Below are positions 57,074-64,000 of a stretch of 64,000 nt of DNA, piece after piece. The notes below the pieces were generated by a model. The model was not told the origin of the DNA and did no database searches. It worked only from the letters and a program-made list of their open reading frames with translations. The DNA comes from a virus. Where the stretch lies: positions 288,001-352,000 of the IMG/VR virus record IMGVR_UViG_3300028840_006907, one strand, 5' to 3'. Position 1 is the stretch's first letter; every line of letters starts with the position of its first letter. Made by a program: the position numbers and the translations under genes.

Positions 57074-57913
57074 ATGCACAAAATAATAGTCTTATTATTA
57101 GTTTTGTTAGTGAATGTTTTTTCTGTAACGCCTGAATATTTGTGGGTAGGTTCCTACACTATTGAGCATTACAATAATGGTGTTTATTTGGCTTATAGTC
57201 ATAAGCAAGCTTCTGCTTTTACTTCTCTAATGAGTTGGCTTATTAATTGGAAAAATCTTGATATTGATTATAAGTGGAATCATAACTATAAGGATGCTGC
57301 TGTTAATGAGACAGTATTCGAAGGACAGGATTTTAATATTAATGAATTTCTCATTTTTGTTAGTCATGGTTATCGGGGAGGAATGGTCATTAATAAATAT
57401 AATACTTCGACTACTTATGCAATGGATATCTCTAATCAATATCCTAATACCAGATCATGGGATTTTGGTAATTCTTATACCAAATGGATTATCATGGGTT
57501 CTTGTCATACAATCCTGGATGAGCATGTGACTGTGTGGGGGACCACTTTTTATTTTTACGATCAGATTTTTGATGGTGTGCATAGTATTATGGGCTATAA
57601 ATCTGATGGTAGAAACGTTTATGATGGTGGTCCGATAGGAAGATTCCCATTAGAGTGGGTTCATAATCGACGTTCTATTTGGAATGCATGGCGTGTGTCG
57701 GTCCGGGAAGAAGTATATGAAGGTTGCAACCAAGATGTGACACCTTCCATGGTAGGTGTTTGGGGAACTGTGAATGGGCAAGATTGGGATGCAGATACTG
57801 AATTGTTTTATGCTGTGTATGATGCCTTAACACCTCATAATGAAACTTTGGGGGCTTGGATAGGTTATGGTATGATGTATCGTCATGTTGAATATGGCGA
57901 TCCGGAATATTAA
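57074..57913 (+). CDS. secreted protein with caspase-like His/Cys dyad (putative CHF-fold peptidase)
   Basis: Signal peptide MHKIIVLLLVLLVNVFS; strand-His-Gly (LIFVSHGYRGG) and strand-Cys (WIIMGSCHT) about 48 residues apart as in caspase/gingipain-type peptidases; ORF call firm, function tentative. Confidence 0.55.
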   Translation: MHKIIVLLLVLLVNVFSVTPEYLWVGSYTIEHYNNGVYLAYSHKQASAFTSLMSWLINWKNLDIDYKWNHNYKDAAVNETVFEGQDFNINEFLIFVSHGYRGGMVINKYNTSTTYAMDISNQYPNTRSWDFGNSYTKWIIMGSCHTILDEHVTVWGTTFYFYDQIFDGVHSIMGYKSDGRNVYDGGPIGRFPLEWVHNRRSIWNAWRVSVREEVYEGCNQDVTPSMVGVWGTVNGQDWDADTELFYAVYDALTPHNETLGAWIGYGMMYRHVEYGDPEY

Positions 57914-57930
57914 AAAAGGGAGATAAAGAG

Positions 57931-58848
57931 ATGAAAAAAGTATTTATTATAATAGTATTGTTTTGTGCTTATGGATTTTCAGAAATATCTGTGTCAGATA
58001 TTGTTAAATCATTTGTGGATAATCCAAAGACTTTCAGATCTAGATTGTTGAAATATGAAGTTATTCCAGACCATGTTGATTTACCAATAGAATTTGTCGA
58101 TGATGAAGATGAAAGTTTATGGAAAACTAAGAAAAAGGTTAATTATATAATAGATTATTCAAAGATGTCGAAATGTGCTGATAAATTTAGAGATCTTTTT
58201 GCATATGAAGGATTGACTGAATATCAGTATATGGATCAGTCAAACCTTTTGGTATTTAATCATCCTAATGGTGGCCGTGAAGTATCCGCACAGATTGTCA
58301 GGGATTTGATTAATACTAGAACAGAGGCAGAATTAAAAAATATAGGATTGACTTTAGGTGAAAAGCTCTTTGCCATTTTTAAGAATAAAATAGAATTTCA
58401 ATGTACGGAAATAGAGTATACAAGGGGTCATACGAATTTAAACCAAATAAGTAAATACTCTATTCGATATAGGCGTATTTTTAATGATGGTATTGTCTTA
58501 CAGAATATTTCCTATATAATGTTAACTCTGGAAGGACTTGGTGATTTGATTGAAGTCGAGATTAAATGGCCTAAATTTAAAAAATGTGAAAATATAAAGA
58601 ATGGCATTTTAATTAAGGACGCTTTAATATTAGCTAAACAAGAGTATAATGAAATCGCTTCTCGAAAAGTTGATGAATTCTTAAATATTGAAGCTATCGA
58701 TAGACTTTCTATAACTGGATCTTGTTTTGGATGGACTCATGAGATCATTGATGGTGTTAATTTATTAAAACCTAGTTATGGGTTTGTGGGAATAGCTGAA
58801 ACAAAGAATGGTAAAAAAGAACATCATTATATAAATATCGATAAATGA
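57931..58848 (+). CDS. secreted hypothetical protein
   Basis: RBS GGGAG; signal peptide MKKVFIIIVLFCAYGFS. Confidence 0.55.
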   Translation: MKKVFIIIVLFCAYGFSEISVSDIVKSFVDNPKTFRSRLLKYEVIPDHVDLPIEFVDDEDESLWKTKKKVNYIIDYSKMSKCADKFRDLFAYEGLTEYQYMDQSNLLVFNHPNGGREVSAQIVRDLINTRTEAELKNIGLTLGEKLFAIFKNKIEFQCTEIEYTRGHTNLNQISKYSIRYRRIFNDGIVLQNISYIMLTLEGLGDLIEVEIKWPKFKKCENIKNGILIKDALILAKQEYNEIASRKVDEFLNIEAIDRLSITGSCFGWTHEIIDGVNLLKPSYGFVGIAETKNGKKEHHYINIDK

Positions 58849-58888
58849 TCTATTTTTTTGATACAGTTTTGTAGAAATGGGCTAAATC

Positions 58889-59614
58889 TTGCAACAACAA
58901 ATTTTCGGGTGTTTAAAAGATACTCTTTCGATTCTGATTGTTTTAAAAGATCCTACAGTTGTTAAAAAGATTATAAGGTTTATTCAGCCTACTTATATTT
59001 ATAATATCACAATAGTTAATTCGGTTAAAGGAGCACAGGAAGTTCTTGACAAAGAAAGAGTTCATCTCTGTCTTCTGGGTTCTGAATTTAAAGAATTTGC
59101 TATTATAAATAAATATTTATATACTTCGTTTATAATATTTGTAATTGATGATATAAATTATCATGAGATTTTTAATTATGTGAAATTAGGAGTTAAGACT
59201 CTAATTGACAAAGGTAGTATTAACTTCTCTTTGATAAAAATAATTAATCATTTTTCTCTTAGGAATGTTATTAATCCATTCTATAGAAGAGGTTTCGAAG
59301 ATATTTTATCTGTTTCCACTGAAAAATTAATTGAAAGAAATCCTAGTGGAGTAACTGACTGGGCTTCTGATTGTGGTATATCAGAAAGACAATTAAGATG
59401 GATATGGAATATAAGATTTAAAGTAAAAACTAGAATCGTATTATTTATTTATAAAATTTATAAAACTGCTTTTGATGTTAAAAACCCTTTAGACAAAAAG
59501 ACCTTCGAACAATTAACTTTTTTCTTTATTTCCCATAAAAATGAAATAATAGATTATATCAATTACTTACAATTAAAAGATGTTCCTGTCTACAAAATGT
59601 TCTTTCAATCGTAA
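58889..59614 (+). CDS. hypothetical protein
   Basis: ORF; no motif recognised. Confidence 0.45.
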   Translation: MQQQIFGCLKDTLSILIVLKDPTVVKKIIRFIQPTYIYNITIVNSVKGAQEVLDKERVHLCLLGSEFKEFAIINKYLYTSFIIFVIDDINYHEIFNYVKLGVKTLIDKGSINFSLIKIINHFSLRNVINPFYRRGFEDILSVSTEKLIERNPSGVTDWASDCGISERQLRWIWNIRFKVKTRIVLFIYKIYKTAFDVKNPLDKKTFEQLTFFFISHKNEIIDYINYLQLKDVPVYKMFFQS

Positions 59615-59695
59615 TAAACTTCTAATACTCTATTCAATGTAATAATCAATTGATATTTAGCTCTGTTTTAAAGACTATCTGATAAGGAGCAAAAA

Positions 59696-59941
59696 ATGGC
59701 TTTTGAAGTTGAATATTTTGAATTGTCACCGAGCGATGCAACAAATGAGTATGTCTCATTAGGGGGTGTTCCAGTGGTTGCTGATAATGTTGCAATAGAT
59801 CTTGTGGGAGGTACAGCCCAAGCATTAACGAATGATTTTGCCGTTGATGGAACAAGAATTGTATGGGATAGTACATCCTATAATTTAAATGGACTGCTTG
59901 CTACTGGTGACAAAATGAGAGCTATCTACGATAGATCCTAA
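59696..59941 (+). CDS. small hypothetical protein upstream of fibre gene
   Basis: RBS AAGGAG; 81 aa. Confidence 0.5.
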   Translation: MAFEVEYFELSPSDATNEYVSLGGVPVVADNVAIDLVGGTAQALTNDFAVDGTRIVWDSTSYNLNGLLATGDKMRAIYDRS

Positions 59942-59978
59942 CACCTATAACTAATCGATTTTAAAGGAGTTAGAGCAA

Positions 59979-62900
59979 ATGGCTCAAGTAGAAAGAAAAT
60001 GGATCCAGGACCAAGCAATTTCCAATGAAAAAGTAGATCCCACTGATATTTATACCATTACAGGTTTAAGAGTTGATGAAACCAATGCCATTGGGAGAGT
60101 AGGAATAGGTTTATCTAGCCCTTTGGATGCTCTTCATATTCAACGAACTGATTCTTCTTCTGGAATGATGCTGGATCTTAGTGATGGTACAAATGGTAAA
60201 CTTTATAAGATATATTCAGGAGCTAATGGTTTACTGAATTTTACTGATGCTACAGATGGGGGCATATTCACCTATGGTGAATCAGGTTCGATAGGTCGAG
60301 TTGGTATCAATACCGCATCTATCCAAGATCACCTTCATGTAAGTTCCCCTTTAACAGATGCTGCGTTAAGACTTGATTTAGATGATGGACTCAATGGTCG
60401 AGCTTATCGTCTTGTCTCAGATACAGATGGAGCTTTTAGGATAATTGATGTTGATGCGGGTAATGTAAATAGACTTCAGATTGCTAATACAGGAACTTTA
60501 ACTGTCTCAGGTGATGCAACTTTTGATAGTAATTTTCAAATTAATGGTACTGTTACAGTTATTAATACTGAAATTGTCATTGCAGATCAATTAGAAATAA
60601 ATCAAACTGACAATCAGGCAGCATTGATAGTAAGTCAAGATACAGGTGGTGCTACAGCCACTGTAATGAGAATTGAAAATGCTGGCACAGGCCATGCTTT
60701 AACCGTAGATTCTGGTAATGTAGGTATTGGTACTTTAACTCCGGCTGCTCCTCTTCATGTTCAAGGTGATATAATTACTGCCAATGGGTATAATATCGGA
60801 GACACCACTCATAGAATTGGTACTCTTTGGATGGCTTCTACTGTAGATTATTTGACTGACCTTAATTTTAGTTCAGGTGGAACAAATGTTACTTTTGCAA
60901 CCGGTGGAAATGTCGGGATAGGTTCTGGTACTCCTACCCAGGCCCTGGATGTGGTTGGAACTATAGAAAATACAGGTGATATCATAACAACTGGTTCTTA
61001 TCCTTCCGGTTTAATAAGAGGAGCTTATTTAACGATAACTACTGGAAATTCGACTTTCCAAGGAAGAGTGGGAATTGGTGTTACAAGTCCGTCTTATCCT
61101 CTTCATGTTGGTGGAGACATTTATTCCAATACAGGTAATATTGTAGCCACTGCTGGAACTGTGACAGGTGGATCTGGTTTAATAGCTACTACAGGTGGTG
61201 TTATAGCCTCTGCTGGAAATATAACAGCGACCTTGGGTGATCTCATCGCTTCTGCGGGTTCTGTAACTGCTAATACAAATGTAACTGCTACGAATGGAAA
61301 TATAGTTGCTTCTAATGGAAATATTTCTGCTACGAATGGTACAGTAACAGGAGGCACCGGTTTAATAGCTACCACAGGGGGTGTGACCGCTACGAATGGA
61401 AATATAGTTGCTTCTAATGGAAATATTTCTGCTACGAATGGTACAGTAACAGGAGGCACCGGTTTAATAGCTACCACAGGGGGTGTGACCGCTTTAGCTG
61501 GTAATATCTCTGCTTCGGCTGGTTCTGTAACTGCTAATACTAATATAACAGCCACGAATGGTAATATTGTTGCTTCTAATGGAAATATTTCTGCTACAAA
61601 TGGTACGGTAACAGGAGGCACCGGTTTAATAGCGACTACAGGTGGTGTAACCGCTACGGCTGGAAATATCACTGCTTCAAATGGTAGTTTTGTCGCTCCA
61701 AATGGAATTGTAAGTGTAGGTTTTGGCGTTATAGCAGCAGGGGGTGATATATTTGCCCAAACGGGTAAAGTAGGAATTTCAACCAGTTCTATTGCAGGAG
61801 GTTATGTATTACATGTTCAAGGAAACGCTTATTGTTCAGGTCAAGTAGATACAAATACTTTGGATGTAGGTAGTGGCAGTTTTACTGTAAGTGCAATTGG
61901 TGCAACAAATATCGGACCAGGCTGGTTAACTTTCGGTCAACATATGTCTGGTGGAGGACAGATTGGATCTGCTTCTACCGTAAATATTGTTTCAACCAGT
62001 GGTGCAACTATGTCAGGAGGTTCAGGCGCTGTCTCAATTACTACTAATAACAGTGGTACGCCAAGTGCGATTAATGTGACCTCTGGAAATAACACCGGAT
62101 CAGGAGTTGGTGGAGCACTCAATCTGAATGCAGGTGATTCGGGAGGAGCTGGTACAGGTGGTGCAGTAACTATTACTGGAGGAACGGCTTCAGGTGGTGG
62201 ATCTACAGGAGGAGACATTTTGCTGCTTCCTGGAAGTGCTGTCTCAAATGGGCGCGTTGAGGTAGGCACAGGTGCCTCTTCGAAAAATTTATGGGTTTCA
62301 GGTAGTGTAACTATAGAAGGAGCTAATTCTGCTTTTGCTCTTTCGATTAATAATACGAATTATGTAGGAGCTTATTGTGCAATAGCAGGAGCATCAACGG
62401 TAGCTGGCTGGTTTGAAAATAGTGGTTCAGATTCAACATCTATGTTTGTGCAACAATTAAATACTGGTAAAGGGCTTTTCGCTACTGGATTAGGATTAAA
62501 TTCTTTTGCAGGATTTTTCCAAAGTACGGGCTATACAACTCTTAGGTCAGAAGTGAGTGGTACTGGAGGTGGTGATTATGCTGTACATGCAATATGTACA
62601 AATGCTGGATCGAGTGCCACTTCAGCAGCAGTTTTTGCTCAAAATTGGGGAGGTGGAAAAGCTATTCAGGCAACCGCAGGAACTGGAACTACTATTCAAG
62701 GGTCAAACACTAATGGTACTGCTATTTATGGGTCTCAAGCAGGAACCTCTGGTAGAGCAGGACGTTTTAGGTGTAATGCTGGATCTTATGCATACAATGC
62801 TGTTGAGGTAGAAGTGACTTCAGGTACAGGAGCTTCAAAAGGGATCTTAGTTAATTATACCGGTTCTGGTAATGCTATAGAAGTAAACGGTGGTAGTGGC

Positions 62901-63665
62901 TATGGTATTGAAGCATACCAAAGTGCAGGAACAGTTTATCATGGGACTAATTCAGGAACTACAGGTAGAGCTGCTTTATTCGAAACTTCTAATACCAGTT
63001 TTAATGGTACTATAGTTGAAATAAGTAGTAATACAACATCACTGAATAATAATTGTTTAGTTTGCAATCATTCAGGTAGTGGTACAGGTCTTACTGTTAA
63101 CTCCAATGCAGCGGGTGCTAGTTTTGGTATTAACAGCTTTATGCCGGGTGTCTCTGGAACTGGAAGAGCTATTAATGGCTACTGTGTTTCAGCATCAGGA
63201 TTTGCCGGTTATTTTACTGGGAATGTACATATTGCGGGTACTCTTTCTAAAACTGCGGGTGGTTTTAAAATTGATCATCCAATTGAACCTGAGACAAAGA
63301 ATTTAGTTCATAGTTTTGTTGAAAGCCCTGAGATGAGGAATGTCTATTATGGACGGGCTGTGACTCATGATGGGACAGCATCTATAGGTCTTCCGGATTG
63401 GTGGGTTACATTAAATGGGTCTAATAAGGAAGAGTATAATTATAGTTTAACTACTATTGGTAAATACAGCAGATTATTTATTAGTAAAGAAATAGAGAAC
63501 AATCAATTTGAAGTCTCTTCATTGGATGGAGACTGTACTTTTTCCTGGACTATCTCAGCCATTCGCCATGATACTTATGCTGAGAGCAACAGAATACAAG
63601 TAGAAAAGAACAAAACACAAGAAGAAATAGATGATTATAAAAAAGAGCATGGCATTTCTGTCTAA
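59979..63665 (+). CDS. giant Gly/Thr/Ser-rich fibre protein (tail-fibre or surface-fibre like) with internal tandem repeats
   Basis: 1228 aa; RBS AAAGGAG; at least six G.VGIGT..P...LHV.G motifs, 34-aa tandem repeats, C-terminal FKIDHP...VHSFVESPE...YYG domain. Confidence 0.8.
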   Translation: MAQVERKWIQDQAISNEKVDPTDIYTITGLRVDETNAIGRVGIGLSSPLDALHIQRTDSSSGMMLDLSDGTNGKLYKIYSGANGLLNFTDATDGGIFTYGESGSIGRVGINTASIQDHLHVSSPLTDAALRLDLDDGLNGRAYRLVSDTDGAFRIIDVDAGNVNRLQIANTGTLTVSGDATFDSNFQINGTVTVINTEIVIADQLEINQTDNQAALIVSQDTGGATATVMRIENAGTGHALTVDSGNVGIGTLTPAAPLHVQGDIITANGYNIGDTTHRIGTLWMASTVDYLTDLNFSSGGTNVTFATGGNVGIGSGTPTQALDVVGTIENTGDIITTGSYPSGLIRGAYLTITTGNSTFQGRVGIGVTSPSYPLHVGGDIYSNTGNIVATAGTVTGGSGLIATTGGVIASAGNITATLGDLIASAGSVTANTNVTATNGNIVASNGNISATNGTVTGGTGLIATTGGVTATNGNIVASNGNISATNGTVTGGTGLIATTGGVTALAGNISASAGSVTANTNITATNGNIVASNGNISATNGTVTGGTGLIATTGGVTATAGNITASNGSFVAPNGIVSVGFGVIAAGGDIFAQTGKVGISTSSIAGGYVLHVQGNAYCSGQVDTNTLDVGSGSFTVSAIGATNIGPGWLTFGQHMSGGGQIGSASTVNIVSTSGATMSGGSGAVSITTNNSGTPSAINVTSGNNTGSGVGGALNLNAGDSGGAGTGGAVTITGGTASGGGSTGGDILLLPGSAVSNGRVEVGTGASSKNLWVSGSVTIEGANSAFALSINNTNYVGAYCAIAGASTVAGWFENSGSDSTSMFVQQLNTGKGLFATGLGLNSFAGFFQSTGYTTLRSEVSGTGGGDYAVHAICTNAGSSATSAAVFAQNWGGGKAIQATAGTGTTIQGSNTNGTAIYGSQAGTSGRAGRFRCNAGSYAYNAVEVEVTSGTGASKGILVNYTGSGNAIEVNGGSGYGIEAYQSAGTVYHGTNSGTTGRAALFETSNTSFNGTIVEISSNTTSLNNNCLVCNHSGSGTGLTVNSNAAGASFGINSFMPGVSGTGRAINGYCVSASGFAGYFTGNVHIAGTLSKTAGGFKIDHPIEPETKNLVHSFVESPEMRNVYYGRAVTHDGTASIGLPDWWVTLNGSNKEEYNYSLTTIGKYSRLFISKEIENNQFEVSSLDGDCTFSWTISAIRHDTYAESNRIQVEKNKTQEEIDDYKKEHGISV
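61288..61491 (+). repeat. two perfect 102-bp in-frame tandem repeats inside the fibre gene (third diverged copy near 61552-61653)
   Basis: Identical DNA units encoding TATNGNIVASNGNISATNGTVTGGTGLIATTGGV. Confidence 0.85.
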
Positions 63666-63695
63666 ATTTCTTTTGTAAAAAGGAGTTAAATACTC

Positions 63696-64000
63696 ATGTC
63701 ACAAGTGTTGAGAAAATGGATAGCTGATCAAGCCGTTAATAATGATAAAATAGATCCTACCGATACCTATACAATTACAGGATTGAGAGTCGATGAGACG
63801 AATGCCGTAGGAAGAATAGCAATGGGATTAAGCAGTCCATTAGATGCTATTCATATTAGGAGGACTGATACTTCTGCTGGTATAATAATGGATCTTGATG
63901 ATGGAGGTTCAGGACGATCTTATCAAATAACTTCAGATCAAAGTGGCTTTTTAAATGTAAGAGATAGAGATCTCGATGTTGATCGATTGACTTTATATTC
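63696..64000 (+). CDS. second fibre protein, paralogue of 59979 gene (3' end outside window)
   Basis: RBS AAAGGAG; N-terminus MSQVLRKWIADQAVNNDKIDPTDTYTITGLRVDETNAVGR closely parallels the N-terminus of the 59979 protein. Confidence 0.6.
   Translation, partial: MSQVLRKWIADQAVNNDKIDPTDTYTITGLRVDETNAVGRIAMGLSSPLDAIHIRRTDTSAGIIMDLDDGGSGRSYQITSDQSGFLNVRDRDLDVDRLTLY

Noticed and set aside
61121-63306. ORFs 61121-61672 (-), 61937-62269 (-), 62557-62811 (+) and 63079-63306 (+) inside the fibre gene
   Set aside because: Low-complexity translations (PPV/VAV-rich or Leu-rich) generated by the repetitive Gly/Thr codon tracts; they are nested in the 1228-aa fibre ORF.
1-64000. cas genes, integrase, transposase or other mobile-element genes
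   Set aside because: I looked for Cas1/Cas2/Cas3-like, HD-helicase, tyrosine/serine recombinase and DDE-transposase motifs in all long ORFs and found none, so no mobile element or cas feature is claimed.

Overview
AT-rich (roughly one-third G+C by eye), densely packed, prokaryote-style sequence: many genes are preceded by AGGAGG-like Shine-Dalgarno motifs and adjacent genes often overlap by 1-4 nt. I could not recognise any virion hallmark (terminase, portal, major capsid), integrase, transposase, tRNA or rRNA, so the replicon type is open: large phage/virus or a glycan-biosynthesis island of a low-GC bacterium or archaeon. Four parts: (1) 1-25.5 kb, plus strand: fibre/collagen-like protein, a large multidomain glycosyltransferase, thymidylate kinase, and a nucleotide-sugar operon resembling a pseudaminic/legionaminic-acid (nonulosonic acid) pathway with formyl-, acetyl-, methyl- and several sulfotransferases. 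(2) 27-39.8 kb, one long minus-strand operon of methyltransferases, glycosyltransferases, a radical SAM enzyme flanked by split TPP-dependent (transketolase-like) subunits, and paralogous hypotheticals. (3) 40-51 kb, plus strand: mostly hypothetical proteins punctuated by strong rho-independent terminators. (4) 51-64 kb: a degenerate, cas-less, type I-E-like CRISPR-style hairpin repeat array (51417-52310), a large nuclease-like DNA-binding protein, a three-gene minimal-ATPase module, secreted proteins, and a giant Gly/Thr-rich fibre protein with perfect 102-bp in-frame tandem repeats followed by a paralogue. Two further repeat units of the same hairpin family sit in reverse orientation at 25488-25565. 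All functional calls come from motif recognition by eye; no database search was run.
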